From Myxococcota bacterium (GTDB taxonomy: Bacteria; Myxococcota_A; UBA9160; UBA6930): a DNA stretch of 64,000 nucleotides. Numbering within the stretch: position 1 is the first letter of the stretch; each line of letters starts with the position of its first letter. The DNA lies in contig OZ245015.1 of the NCBI GenBank assembly GCA_965223705.1, forward strand, positions 1,920,001 to 1,984,000. The letters are read 5' to 3'. This document shows positions 48,177 through 58,260 of the stretch, one piece after another. The notes under the pieces are model-generated. The model did no database searches, was not told the DNA's origin, and saw only the letters and a list, made by a program, of their open reading frames with translations. The translations under genes were made by a program, and so were the position numbers.

Positions 48177-48793
48177 GAAAAGCGCTCTTGATTCTCTGCG
48201 CCCTCGGGTTGGGCGCCTTCCTCGCCGGCTGCACGTATTCCGTGGAGCCGCCGGCGCCGTCTGCAGCTGGCTTCGGGGATTGGCTCGAGCGCGACCACGG
48301 GAAGATCCCCATCGTGGTGGACGTTCCCGACCGATTGTCGTCGCTCAAGCCGCCGATGCCGATGTTCGCGAACAAGATCGTGATCCTGAACGTCGACGAT
48401 ACGTACACGAGGGCCGTCGCATTGGCCTCTCGGCTGACCGTCGGTACGCCCGAGCAAGCCGAAGCCGTTCCGTCGGAAGGCTTTGCCATCCGCGCAGAAC
48501 TCGAGGAGCTCGACTGTAGGCCGGCAATCGGTTTCGACGAACACCGGTGCAACGTCCAGGCCCGCTACACCCTCTACAACGGCGGGGAGAACGGTGTCCT
48601 TCGCGATTACCGAGCGGGGACGCGCACGACGGGCGCGGCCGGGAATCGCCCCCTGGAGCGAGAGGCTCCAATGGACGCTTATCGAAGCTCCGTCGGTCGC
48701 GCGGTCGCGCGCGCACTCATCGAGAACGCAAAGCACGGCCTGGAAGCGCTCGCTGAAAAGATGCCCGTAGCAGGCCCCGCTACAACTCCGTAG
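48173..48793 (+). CDS. Putative lipoprotein (hypothetical)
   Basis: VRKALLILCALGLGAFLAGC lipobox; GTG overlaps the previous stop. Confidence 0.65.
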   Translation: MRKALLILCALGLGAFLAGCTYSVEPPAPSAAGFGDWLERDHGKIPIVVDVPDRLSSLKPPMPMFANKIVILNVDDTYTRAVALASRLTVGTPEQAEAVPSEGFAIRAELEELDCRPAIGFDEHRCNVQARYTLYNGGENGVLRDYRAGTRTTGAAGNRPLEREAPMDAYRSSVGRAVARALIENAKHGLEALAEKMPVAGPATTP

Positions 48794-48819
48794 CAGGGTC
48801 GAGCACGCGCTGCCCCGCC

Positions 48820-49614
48820 TCAGTCGAGCTTGTTCTCCGAGAGGAAGTCGATCACTCCCTGGCTCACGCCCTCCGGGTCGAAATAGGGCTCGAAATTCGA
48901 TCCCTTCACGTCGACAGCCTTCGCTTGGGGCATCGCTGCGACTGTGTTCTGGTGACCTGGGTAGAGCACGTCGTCCGGGGCGCACAGGAGGAGGGTCGGG
49001 CACTGGATTTTCTCGATGAAGAGATCGAAACGGTAGTCCCACACGCACCGGTAGATCATTCCGCGGACCTTCCAGGCGCGCAGCGCGGCGGAGAACTCGT
49101 CGTTCATATTGTCGAGATCCTCTTTGCCGCCGAGGTTGTAGATGTAGTCCCACGTGATCCTGAGGTATTCCGCTTCGTGGCTAGGCCCGACCGAGCCGCT
49201 GAACTCCTCGCGGTAGGGCTTGGCTTGCTCCTCGGTCAGAAGGAGGGCGCCCACCATCATGCAGGAGAGAACGCGATCGGGGTACAGGGACGCCATCTCG
49301 GCGGCCATTCCCGCGCCGGTGTGATTGCCGAACGCGTGGAACTTCTCGATTCCGAGAGCGTCGAGGAAATCCATCGTGTACTGGGTGAGGGCGCTGATCG
49401 AGTCGAATTCCGGAGGATCGAACGAGCCGCCAAAGCCCGGCAGGTCGGGAGCGATGCAGCGGTAGCGGGGGACCAGCTTCTCGAGGGTCCGCTCGTACCC
49501 TTTGGCGCCGCTCACGTTTTGGTGGAGGAACACGATCGGCGGCTTGTCCTCGGGGCCGCCGTAGTAGTAGTGCATCTGCCCGCTCGGCGTATCGGCGTAG
49601 GCTTTCTTGATCAT
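48820..49614 (-). CDS. Alpha/beta-hydrolase fold protein with non-canonical elbow
   Basis: GQMHY, IVFLHQ, APDLPGFGGS, GNHTG in place of GxSxG; start MIKKAY with GGAGG RBS. Confidence 0.82.
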   Translation of the reverse strand: MIKKAYADTPSGQMHYYYGGPEDKPPIVFLHQNVSGAKGYERTLEKLVPRYRCIAPDLPGFGGSFDPPEFDSISALTQYTMDFLDALGIEKFHAFGNHTGAGMAAEMASLYPDRVLSCMMVGALLLTEEQAKPYREEFSGSVGPSHEAEYLRITWDYIYNLGGKEDLDNMNDEFSAALRAWKVRGMIYRCVWDYRFDLFIEKIQCPTLLLCAPDDVLYPGHQNTVAAMPQAKAVDVKGSNFEPYFDPEGVSQGVIDFLSENKLD

Positions 49615-49717
49615 CGAGGTCCTCCGTGGCTGACGACTGGCCGCAGTATGGACGGAGATGGAGCCGCGGATCCAGCGATATGATGACGATTCGCGCGAGG
49701 TCGGGGACACTCGTCGC

Positions 49718-50992
49718 GTGAAGCGCGTGGTGATCGTCGGTGGGGGGTTCGGAGGTTTGACCGCCGCGAAAGCGCTCGGGGCCTCTGGTGAAGCCGACGT
49801 CACCGTCGTCGATCGGCGCAATCATCACCTCTTCCAGCCACTCCTCTACCAAGTCGCGATGGCAGGGCTCAGTCCGGCCGAGATCTCCGCTCCGATCCGC
49901 AGCTTGCTCTCGAAGTCGGCGAACACCTCCGTCCGCCACGAGCGGGTCCTCGCCGTCGACCCCGACCGCCGTTGCGTCACCACCGAAAGCGGTGAAATCC
50001 CCTACGACGTACTGGTGCTCGCCGCGGGCGCGCGGCACACCTACTTCGGCCGCGACGAGTGGGAGGAGCACGCGCCTGGGCTGAAGTCGCTCGAGGAGGC
50101 GACGGAGATTCGCCGGCGTGTTCTCCTGGCGTACGAGCGCGCCGAAATCGAATCCGACCCGTCGAAGCAGAAAGCGCTGCTCACGTTCGTCGTCGTTGGC
50201 GGCGGCCCGACGGGCGTCGAGCTCGCCGGAGCGCTCGGTGAAATGAGCCGCTTCACCCTGGCGGCAGACTTTCGGAACATCGACCCGACACTCGCACGCG
50301 TGATCTTGGTCGAAGCCGGCCCTCGGATCCTTCCGAGCTTCCGCCCCGCGCAGGCAAAGCGGGCCATGCGGGATCTCGAAGGCCTGGGCGTCCAAGTGTG
50401 GACGGCGAGCGCGGTCACGGGAGTCGACGCTTCCGGCGTCGATGTGGGCGCCGAACGCATCCAAGCGGCGACGACGCTGTGGGCTGCTGGAGTCGAAGCT
50501 TCTCCGCTCGGTCGGTCGCTCGGGGCACCCCTCGATCGGCAGGGGCGGGTCCGCGTCGAAGAGGATCTGTCGGTGCCTGGGCACCCGGAGATTTTCGTCA
50601 TCGGTGATCAGGCCCATTTCGAAGACGGCACCGGCGCGTTGCTCCCCGGTGTAGCCCCCGTCGCGATGCAGCAGGGGGACCACGTCGCGCAGACGATCCT
50701 CCGCGACCGCGTGGGAATGGGGCGGGAGCCTTTCCGCTACCGCGATCGCGGCCAGATGGCGACCATCGGACGCAGCAAAGCACTTTGCGATCTCGGCCGG
50801 GTCCGGTTCGGCGGTTTCCCCGCCTGGGTCGCGTGGTTGGTCGTACACATCTACTTCTTGGTCGGGTTCAAGAACCGCCTGTTCGTCGTCGCCCAGTGGG
50901 CGTGGTCGTACCTGACCTTTCGACGCGGCGCGCGCCTCATCGTGGCCCAGGATTGGCGGGAGAGTTCGTCACCCGGTGAGCGACGTGGTTGA
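49718..50992 (+). CDS. ndh: Type II NADH:quinone oxidoreductase
   Basis: VVIVGGGFGG, NHHLFQPLLYQVA, GGGPTGVELAG, LWAAGV, IGD, APVAMQQG. Confidence 0.92.
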   Translation: MKRVVIVGGGFGGLTAAKALGASGEADVTVVDRRNHHLFQPLLYQVAMAGLSPAEISAPIRSLLSKSANTSVRHERVLAVDPDRRCVTTESGEIPYDVLVLAAGARHTYFGRDEWEEHAPGLKSLEEATEIRRRVLLAYERAEIESDPSKQKALLTFVVVGGGPTGVELAGALGEMSRFTLAADFRNIDPTLARVILVEAGPRILPSFRPAQAKRAMRDLEGLGVQVWTASAVTGVDASGVDVGAERIQAATTLWAAGVEASPLGRSLGAPLDRQGRVRVEEDLSVPGHPEIFVIGDQAHFEDGTGALLPGVAPVAMQQGDHVAQTILRDRVGMGREPFRYRDRGQMATIGRSKALCDLGRVRFGGFPAWVAWLVVHIYFLVGFKNRLFVVAQWAWSYLTFRRGARLIVAQDWRESSSPGERRG

Positions 50993-50993
50993 C

Positions 50994-51611
50994 TCAGCTG
51001 GCTTCCGCACGGATTCGCACGAATGGGTCGTTCGCGGGCGCCTCGGTCACCTCGCCGACGGCGAAGCCGGCTTCGCCGAGGAGCTTCTCCGCCTCGGGAA
51101 CCGAGCGCAGGGTGTAGACCTTGGGCGGAAGCTGGGCGCGCGCCGCTTCACTGTCGGGTTTGAAGCCCAAGACAAGCGTGCCTCCCGGGCGAAGGACCCG
51201 TCGGATCTCGCCCAGTTCGAGTCGCGGCTCGCTCCAGAAGTACAGGACGTGGACCGCGATGGTGTGGTCGAACGAACCGCTCGGGAAGGGGAGGTGGGCT
51301 GCCGTAGCCTGCCGGATCTCGACATTGCCGCGCGTGATGCCGCCTCGGTTCTTGCGAGAGGCGAGGCGCACCATGACCCCCGACGGATCGACCCCGACGA
51401 TCCGTCCCGCGATTCCCTCGTCGGTCAGCGCTTTCAAGCCGGTTCCGTGCCCACAACCGATTTCGAGGACGGTGTCTCCCGGCTCGATCGGCAATGCCTC
51501 GCGCGCGAAGGCGTTTGCGGTGCGGGTGTCCCAGGCCATGACTCGTGCGACGACTTCTCCGACGAGGCCTTTCGGGTGACTCGATTGTCGTGCGATCCAC
51601 TCGGGTTTCAT
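50994..51611 (-). CDS. Class I SAM-dependent methyltransferase
   Basis: VLEIGCGHG, GVDPSGVM, LPFPSGSFD, RVLRPGG. Confidence 0.88.
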   Translation of the reverse strand: MKPEWIARQSSHPKGLVGEVVARVMAWDTRTANAFAREALPIEPGDTVLEIGCGHGTGLKALTDEGIAGRIVGVDPSGVMVRLASRKNRGGITRGNVEIRQATAAHLPFPSGSFDHTIAVHVLYFWSEPRLELGEIRRVLRPGGTLVLGFKPDSEAARAQLPPKVYTLRSVPEAEKLLGEAGFAVGEVTEAPANDPFVRIRAEAS

Positions 51612-51655
51612 GGGGTCTCCAGTGCGCGGCTCGGCCGTCACCGCGGAGGGTAGTC

Positions 51656-52339
51656 TTGATCGAACCCCAGCGCGTCTCGAGCCTCGGCTGCGGACTGTTC
51701 GGCGGACTCGTCGCGTTCCTGGTGTTGGGCATCGCGTGGGGCGATATCCGCTTCAGTCTCGGGGTGGCGGGCGTTGCCGGCACCGCGTGCGCCTACCTCG
51801 CGAAACGTGTGCCGATCTGGGGCGCGCCCTCTGCGGTGATCTCGGGGAAAAACTTCGCGGAAGCCGAGCGCTACGCCGGTGTCCCCTACGGAATTGATCT
51901 CTCGCTCCTGCGCGACGCCAAGATCTCGCGCCGCGACAAGCTCTCCTTCGGTTGGATCCCGGTCCTGCTGGCATTCGCCCTGCTTCCGAGCGTGTGGATG
52001 CTGCTCGCGCTGGTCCTCGTGCCCGTGGGCTACGTCGCCTACGAAGTGTGCGGTGCGCGACGGGTCGCGCAGCTGCGCGACGACCGCGTCGACGTCGTCG
52101 GGACGGAACTCGTCTCTTGGTCGAGCCACGGCGAGGAGCGCGCACGGATCGACCTCGAGCGTCCCTTCACGTACGAGTACGTCTACAAGGATGAGTGTGC
52201 TGCCGTGTATCGCCTGAGGCAGGCCGACGCGGTGCTCGATTTTTCTTCCGAGAACGCCGACGCGCCGTGGTTGGCCAAGGACCTCTTGAAGGTCGAGTGG
52301 CCTCCGGTCAACCGCGGCGCTCGCAGCTTCGGCGTCTGA
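51656..52339 (+). CDS. Hypothetical membrane protein
   Basis: GGAGGG RBS before TTG; about four hydrophobic segments plus a soluble C-terminal domain. Confidence 0.6.
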   Translation: MIEPQRVSSLGCGLFGGLVAFLVLGIAWGDIRFSLGVAGVAGTACAYLAKRVPIWGAPSAVISGKNFAEAERYAGVPYGIDLSLLRDAKISRRDKLSFGWIPVLLAFALLPSVWMLLALVLVPVGYVAYEVCGARRVAQLRDDRVDVVGTELVSWSSHGEERARIDLERPFTYEYVYKDECAAVYRLRQADAVLDFSSENADAPWLAKDLLKVEWPPVNRGARSFGV

Positions 52340-52342
52340 GAC

Positions 52343-53410
52343 CTACACGCTCTCGGCGAATGCCCGAATATCGCGGATGGTGCCCGCGTACACCTCGGGC
52401 ATCGCCCCGCGGAAGATGCAGTCGCCCGCGTGGCACGTTCCGTTCAGCGTGCGGCTCGAAGCCGAGACGCCCGCCGCCATCAACTTCCGGAAATACGCGA
52501 GGCCCTCATCGCGCAGCGGGTCGAGCTCGTTCACGGAGATCACGTGGGGCGGCAGACCCGTAAGATCCGACGGTTGTGCGACGTACGGCCAGCACAGCGG
52601 GTTTTCGCTGTTCGCACCTTCCGGATCGTAGGGTTTGGCGAGGGCACTCATGCCGCCGACGTTCAGCAGGTAGTCATTGTTTTCGAACAGGGACGGAAGC
52701 TCGGGGCTCGGATTCGTCCAAGCATTCGAGATGTACGGGCACTGCGCGTAGACGCCGGCGATCTTGTCGATCCATCCCTCGCGGTTGGCTTTGAGCGCGG
52801 TCGCGAGGGAGAGGTTCCCGCCACCGGATTCACCCGACACAATGATCTTCGAGACGCCGAGGGCGTCGCGGTTCTCGTGCACCCAGCGCACACCGCTCGC
52901 GCAATCGTTGAGCCCGGCCGGGAAGGGATGGTTGCCGAGCTTGCCGGCGCCGTTGCGAAACTCGACGCCGACGACGACCGCGCCGGTCGCCGCGAGCTCG
53001 TCGCGCCAGCGCACGTAGTTCGGGCCAGCGGCGCGCAGGATTACCATTCCGCCGCCGTGGGTGTGCACGACGCAGGGAAGCGGACCGCTCTTGTCCTTCG
53101 GCCGGTGAATGAAGAGCTCGATCTCGTTGCCGTCGACACCCTTGATGACCTCGGTGCGTGACTCGACACCGGGCACCGGCGGAAGATCGGAAAAAAGCAC
53201 CGCGTTGAGCGCCTCGAAGGCGGTCTCCGCCTCGGCGCAGTACGCGAGCAAGTCTTCGAGCGATGAGGATCCATCGACCGGCGCCGGTTCGGGCGCCCCG
53301 TCGAGGGCGAACGGCGCAAGTGCGGCGACCATGCGCGGATCGGCGCGCGGGTCGTCCTTCATCGTCATCGTCGGGTTGCTGAGTCGTCCGGGAAGCGTCG
53401 GTTGCGTCAT
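52343..53410 (-). CDS. Esterase/lipase, HSL (family IV)-like
   Basis: HGGG oxyanion motif, GESGGG nucleophile, DPLRDEG, GTCH. Confidence 0.9.
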   Translation of the reverse strand: MTQPTLPGRLSNPTMTMKDDPRADPRMVAALAPFALDGAPEPAPVDGSSSLEDLLAYCAEAETAFEALNAVLFSDLPPVPGVESRTEVIKGVDGNEIELFIHRPKDKSGPLPCVVHTHGGGMVILRAAGPNYVRWRDELAATGAVVVGVEFRNGAGKLGNHPFPAGLNDCASGVRWVHENRDALGVSKIIVSGESGGGNLSLATALKANREGWIDKIAGVYAQCPYISNAWTNPSPELPSLFENNDYLLNVGGMSALAKPYDPEGANSENPLCWPYVAQPSDLTGLPPHVISVNELDPLRDEGLAYFRKLMAAGVSASSRTLNGTCHAGDCIFRGAMPEVYAGTIRDIRAFAESV

Positions 53411-53493
53411 GAAAGGCGTCCTCTCAGGTGGTGGTAGGCAGAGATTGCCTCGCCCGGGTCGACTTCGCCGCCCTCTCGCAGGACCCCGCGGGT

Positions 53494-53862
53494 TCAGACG
53501 TCCGCGAGCGGCACGATGCCCAGGATTACCGGCACGTCGCCCACGCTGCGGGTGATGTGGCCCTTGCCGGTGGTGTCTTCGGCGAAGACGACCGCGCCGG
53601 GGGCCAGGCGTCGCACCTCACCGGTTGAGCTTTCGAGCTCGACGTCGCCTTGGAAGAGCAACACGTATTGGCGGCGCGGCGCGGTGTGCCATTCGTAGTT
53701 CCAGTCGGCGGGCGCCTCGAGGAACTGGAAGCTCGTCGCGGCCTGCAGCTCCGCTCGGCCGATCCCCGTGTCAGAGGCGGGATCCGCCGGGCAATCGACC
53801 GCGATCGTCTCCAGGCGAGAGTCTCCTTTCGCATCCGTATAGATTCGAACGTATTCCGGCAT
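53494..53862 (-). CDS. Cupin-domain protein
   Basis: [11 protein letters not shown]....GE..R...[12 protein letters not shown]. Confidence 0.85.
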   Translation of the reverse strand: MPEYVRIYTDAKGDSRLETIAVDCPADPASDTGIGRAELQAATSFQFLEAPADWNYEWHTAPRRQYVLLFQGDVELESSTGEVRRLAPGAVVFAEDTTGKGHITRSVGDVPVILGIVPLADV

Positions 53863-53914
53863 GGTTTCTCCCTGGTACCCTCGGCGTCGAAATCCAACCC
53901 GAGGTCAGCGCGCC

Positions 53915-54064
53915 GTGTTTCCCGCCCCCGTTCGTCTCGCCATTATCGTCGGATGCATCGCATACGGGGGCTACCAGGTGGCCACGGGCGATTCTTCGGG
54001 CGGCTGGCTACTCCTCGCGGCGGCGATCCTCTCGATCGGACACTTTCGTCGCCACGAGACCTAA
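53915..54064 (+). CDS. Possible 49-aa two-TM small protein
   Basis: GAGGT RBS before GTG; two hydrophobic segments and a basic tail. Confidence 0.4.
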   Translation: MFPAPVRLAIIVGCIAYGGYQVATGDSSGGWLLLAAAILSIGHFRRHET

Positions 54065-54621
54065 ATCATTTGGGGCACGCGTGTCAGCGTGTTCTCGTCG
54101 GTGTGCTCGAAAGGTGTCGCGCGGCCCTCGATGGTCATCACCGTGTTCTCCCAATAGTGGATCGTATTTTTGTCGACGCGTGTCAGGGTGACTTCGAAGT
54201 GATCGATGCGGAACCGTTCGCCTAGAAACGGGTTGCACGATACGCCGTAGATCGGGTCGCCCGGCTTGGCCACGAGGGTGAACTTCGATGCGTCGGGCGC
54301 GACCACGCCCCCGGCGATAACCGAAATGCCCCGCGGAACCGTGAAGCACCGAAGTACCTGGCTCGTCTGGGCGTCCCAAAGCCAGTAGCCCTGGTCCTCG
54401 TGGAAGGCGTCGCTCTCGTCGATGCGCCAGGCGCACGTCGAGTAGCGGAGCCCGAAGAGGGTCTGATCGTGGTTGTCGACCTGGCCGGTGGGCTCGAAAA
54501 CCATCCGTTCCCGGTAGAGGTTGACCTTCTCCACGCGCGCGTCGGCGGCGGGAGACACGTCTTTGCCGCCGTCGCCTTCCCAGACACCCTCAAGACCTTC
54601 CAGCGGGCCAAGCTCGCCCAT
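54061..54621 (-). CDS. Nitrobindin/FABP-like heme-binding beta-barrel (DUF1794-like)
   Basis: LGPL..L.GVWEG..G, Y.E.M.F, FHEDQGYWLW, C-terminal HTD.NTL; AGGAG RBS. Confidence 0.8.
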   Translation of the reverse strand: MGELGPLEGLEGVWEGDGGKDVSPAADARVEKVNLYRERMVFEPTGQVDNHDQTLFGLRYSTCAWRIDESDAFHEDQGYWLWDAQTSQVLRCFTVPRGISVIAGGVVAPDASKFTLVAKPGDPIYGVSCNPFLGERFRIDHFEVTLTRVDKNTIHYWENTVMTIEGRATPFEHTDENTLTRVPQMI

Positions 54622-54635
54622 ACCGTTTCTCCTAG

Positions 54636-54652
54636 ATAACAATCATTGTTAT
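54636..54652. promoter_or_regulatory. Perfect AT-rich 8-1-8 palindrome (candidate operator)
   Basis: ATAACAAT-C-ATTGTTAT just upstream of the nitrobindin RBS. Confidence 0.65.
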
Positions 54653-54715
54653 GTAACGGACCCGTGCGCTTCCGTCCACTATGTTTCGCCGCCGAACTCC
54701 CGAGGGGCTGCCATT

Positions 54716-56290
54716 GTGATACCCGGAATCGATCCGAATCTGCGCTGGTGGGGCTGGTTCTTCCTCGCCTTGTACATCGCCGCCATGATGTTCTTCGGCT
54801 ACCTCGGGATGCGCCGTGTCCGCAGTAGCGACGATTTTGCCACGGCCCGCGGCGCCTACGGGCCGCTCTTTCTCGCCTTTGCGTTGACGGCGACCACGGC
54901 GAGCGGTGGAACGTTCATCGGGATTCCCGGGCTCGGGTACAAGGCGGGCTTTTCAGCACTTTGGTACGCGTTCGTCTATCCGCTCGGCGTGTACGCCGGA
55001 CTGCTCGTCTGCCTGCGCGGCATTCGGCGCGCCGGGTCGACGTTCGGCACGCGATCGATGCCCGAATACCTGGGCGATCGCTACGACTCGGAAGCGCTGC
55101 GCATCTGCGCCGCCGTGTTTTCGATGTTGCTGCTGTTCTATCTCGCAGGTCAGCTCCTCGCCGGTGCCGTGATGTTCAACAAGATGATGGGCGTCGATCT
55201 GTTCCCCGCGCTCTTCGTCACCGCGGTGATCATCATGGTCTATATCGTGATCGGCGGCGCGCATGCGGACATCCTGACCGACGGTGTGCAGGGTGCGCTG
55301 ATGCTCCTGTTGGCCGTCGCCGTGTTGTTCATGTTCACCCAAGGGTTTGGAATCGAAGGCGGCTACTCGGGGATGGTGTCGAAGCTTCGCGCACTCGATC
55401 CCGATCTCACGAAGCCGCTCCACCCCACCCATCCCGTCCTGAATTCGCGGTGGGACGTGTTCGCGCTCTTCATGATGCACGCCCCTCTGGGCCTGCTGCC
55501 CCACATTGGCAACAAGCTGTGGGCACTGAGGAATGATCGCGATCAGAACCGCTTCATCATCTTCTCGTTCACCTTCGGCATGCTGCTCCCGTGCATTGCG
55601 CTCGGCGGTATCGCGGCCCGCGCTGTGCTCGGCGACGCGCTGCTGGTCGAAGGCGCGAGCGCGAACGACGCCATCCCCGCACTCTTCATCGCGACGATGC
55701 CCAGCTGGCTCGCTGCGTTGATCGGAGCGGGTGTGCTCGCGGCCATCATGTCGACGGCGGATGGCCTCATCGTCTCGACGTCGCAGATCTTCGCGAACGA
55801 CATCTACCGCCGGACGCTTGTCCCGAGGATGGAACAACCGCCCGCCGAGCAGTCCATCGACCGTGTGGCGCTCACGATCAGCCGAATCGGCTCTGTCGCG
55901 GTCGTCGGTGGCTCGATGTGGCTCGCGTGGGAATCCAAGGATATGAACGTCGCGCTGCTGATCGCCGCGGGCGTCGGTGGGATGATCGCGGCGATCTGTG
56001 GTCCGATCTTCGCGGGAATCCTCTGGCGGGGAGCGACGAAGGCCGGCGCGATCGCGGGCTTCGTCGCCGGGGGAGCTTCGTTCATCATTCTGAAGACCGG
56101 TTGGCTCGACGCCGCTTGGTTCGCCGGCGGGCCGCTCCAGGTGGCCGGCGGTTGGCTGGCGGGGCAAGCACCGAACGCTTTCTCGTGCGGCACGCTCGGC
56201 GCGTTGGTGTCGATCGCGGTGGTGGTCGTCGTCTCGTGGTTCACGCCGCGCCCCAGTGAAGAGCATCTGCAGCGCGTTTTCGGTGGTTGA
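54716..56290 (+). CDS. Sodium:solute symporter (PanF/PutP-like)
   Basis: ATTASGGTFIGIPG, PEYLGDRYDS, GG..ADILTD..QG, LAAIMSTADG, many TM helices. Confidence 0.88.
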   Translation: MIPGIDPNLRWWGWFFLALYIAAMMFFGYLGMRRVRSSDDFATARGAYGPLFLAFALTATTASGGTFIGIPGLGYKAGFSALWYAFVYPLGVYAGLLVCLRGIRRAGSTFGTRSMPEYLGDRYDSEALRICAAVFSMLLLFYLAGQLLAGAVMFNKMMGVDLFPALFVTAVIIMVYIVIGGAHADILTDGVQGALMLLLAVAVLFMFTQGFGIEGGYSGMVSKLRALDPDLTKPLHPTHPVLNSRWDVFALFMMHAPLGLLPHIGNKLWALRNDRDQNRFIIFSFTFGMLLPCIALGGIAARAVLGDALLVEGASANDAIPALFIATMPSWLAALIGAGVLAAIMSTADGLIVSTSQIFANDIYRRTLVPRMEQPPAEQSIDRVALTISRIGSVAVVGGSMWLAWESKDMNVALLIAAGVGGMIAAICGPIFAGILWRGATKAGAIAGFVAGGASFIILKTGWLDAAWFAGGPLQVAGGWLAGQAPNAFSCGTLGALVSIAVVVVVSWFTPRPSEEHLQRVFGG

Positions 56291-56323
56291 GAAGGAGAAC
56301 CCCACGCAATCACGGGAAGGTTG

Positions 56324-56953
56324 ATGGACGAGAGGAACTCCGCCGACGCTGCCCTGCGACGCGCGTTTCCAGGGCTCTACATCACTCTGGTGAGTATCGT
56401 GATCGCGCTCGCGATCGAGGGGTTGCTCGGTCGACTCGACGAGCTCGGCTCGTGGGGCCGAGGCACGGCCCGCGTTGTTCTCGTCATGCAGGTCGTTCAC
56501 ATCGTGTGCACGGCGTCGCTTTTTTGGTGGGTGTCCGCGCGCTGGGTGACGTCGGTCCCGTGGCCTTTCGGCGTCTTCGATGGCTTCAGCACGATCATCA
56601 TGCTCATCAGCTTTCACTACCTGAGTCAGAGTGTCGGGGGCTCCTTCTCAGAATGGCTGGCGATCTTCGGCATCTTCTCGCTGCTTGTAGCGTTCGCCTA
56701 TGGTCTCAATGGCCATCGGGGCCTGGTCGTGAACCGTCGGACGGACGTCGACGCGCAGCTCCTCATTCCCACGGGCATTGCCATCGGCAACGGCGTGGCG
56801 ATGCTCGCCTTGGCCTGGTGGTTCCGCGCCGGATCGTCCGGGTCTCAGCAAATTGCGATCCTCGTTTTCGTCCTGTTGCAGCTAGCGGCGTTCGGCCTTG
56901 CCGACTACCGCGTGTGGGTCAGGGCCGCGAACCCGAAGGAAAGCGTGGGCTAG
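56324..56953 (+). CDS. Hypothetical integral membrane protein
   Basis: About six hydrophobic helices; no recognisable motif. Confidence 0.65.
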   Translation: MDERNSADAALRRAFPGLYITLVSIVIALAIEGLLGRLDELGSWGRGTARVVLVMQVVHIVCTASLFWWVSARWVTSVPWPFGVFDGFSTIIMLISFHYLSQSVGGSFSEWLAIFGIFSLLVAFAYGLNGHRGLVVNRRTDVDAQLLIPTGIAIGNGVAMLALAWWFRAGSSGSQQIAILVFVLLQLAAFGLADYRVWVRAANPKESVG

Positions 56954-57004
56954 CTACGCTTTCTCGCGTCGCGTACCCTCGCCCAGCCCCGAAGGAGGTT
57001 CCCC

Positions 57005-57769
57005 ATGATTGACGTTCACTACTGGCCGACCCCGAACGGTTGGAAGGTGACGATCATGCTCGAAGAGTGCGGGCTCGACTACAAGATCGTGCCCGTGGAC
57101 ATCGGGGGTGGGGATCAATTCAAGCCCGAGTTTCTTCGACTGAGTCCGAACAACCGGATGCCCGCCATCGTCGACCACGAGCCTCTGGGCGGGGGGGAAC
57201 CGCTGGCGCTCTTCGAGTCCGGCGCGATCCTCGAGTACTTGGCCGACAAGACGGGGAAGTTCCTGTCCAAGGAACCCGCGCAGCGTTACAAAGAGCTTCA
57301 GTGGGTCCATTGGCAGATGGCGAATCTCGGCCCGATGATGGGCAACGCGAACCACTTCAAGAACTACGCAAAGAATCTGACGGACGACCCGAAGCAACTC
57401 GAGTACGGGACGCGGCGTTTCGTGGGCGAGGTGGATCGTCTGTCCGGTGTGATGGACGCCCAGCTTTCGGTGTATCCGTTCCTGGGCGGCCCGGACTACA
57501 GCATCGCGGATATCATCACGTGGCCCTGGGCGATGCTGCTGCCGCGCTTGTTCGACGAGAGCGTGCTCGACGGCTTCCCGCATCTCAAGAACTGGATCGA
57601 TCGAGTCCGCGAACGGCCGGCGGTGGAAACGGGCTACCGGGTCGGCCGAGAGCTCGGCGAGGTCGAGCGGACCGAGGCGGAAGAGAAAGCGCGGCGAGAG
57701 CTGCTGTTTAACCAAAACAACGAAAAGGTCAGGCAGGCGCGCGAAGCCGCAATTCGCGCCGGCGCCTAG
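57005..57769 (+). CDS. Glutathione S-transferase, YfcG/YghU-like
   Basis: WPTPNG.KV.IMLEE, SPNNRMPAIVD, FESGAIL.YLA, YSIADI..WPW. Confidence 0.92.
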   Translation: MIDVHYWPTPNGWKVTIMLEECGLDYKIVPVDIGGGDQFKPEFLRLSPNNRMPAIVDHEPLGGGEPLALFESGAILEYLADKTGKFLSKEPAQRYKELQWVHWQMANLGPMMGNANHFKNYAKNLTDDPKQLEYGTRRFVGEVDRLSGVMDAQLSVYPFLGGPDYSIADIITWPWAMLLPRLFDESVLDGFPHLKNWIDRVRERPAVETGYRVGRELGEVERTEAEEKARRELLFNQNNEKVRQAREAAIRAGA

Positions 57770-57783
57770 TTGGAGAAAGAGCA

Positions 57784-58239
57784 TTGGCGGAAGAGCAGGA
57801 CGAGCGCCTCATCGCGGAAGCGCCCGACAGTGGAATCTACGAAGGTGAAGAAAAGAACGGTCAGCGCCACGGTCAGGGCACATTGTTCTGGGCCGTCGAC
57901 CAAAAGCGGTATGTAGGCGGCTGGAAGGACGGCAAGCGCCACGGCGAGGGCAGCTCGTTCCTCACCGACGGCTTCCAAATCTACGAGGGAGGCTGGGCGA
58001 ACGATCTGCGAGAAGGTCAGGGCACCTACACCTGGCCCGACGGCGATCACTACGTCGGCGAGTGGAAAGAAGGAAAGTGCCACGGCAAGGGCACGCTATA
58101 CCGCGGCGACAAGACCATTATGTACGAAGGCGACTGGGTCGCGGGCAAGCGCGAAGGCCACGGCACGTCGTACCGGCTGAACGGAACCGTCATCCACGAA
58201 GGCGAGTGGAAGAACGGCAACGCGGTCAAGAAGAAGTAG
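57784..58239 (+). CDS. MORN-repeat protein
   Basis: About six Y.G.W..G.R.G.GT repeats. Confidence 0.88.
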   Translation: MAEEQDERLIAEAPDSGIYEGEEKNGQRHGQGTLFWAVDQKRYVGGWKDGKRHGEGSSFLTDGFQIYEGGWANDLREGQGTYTWPDGDHYVGEWKEGKCHGKGTLYRGDKTIMYEGDWVAGKREGHGTSYRLNGTVIHEGEWKNGNAVKKK

Positions 58240-58260
58240 CTACTCCCGAATCGGGGATCG

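Noticed and set aside
57784..58239. Periodic DNA pattern
   Set aside because: Explained by MORN protein repeats.
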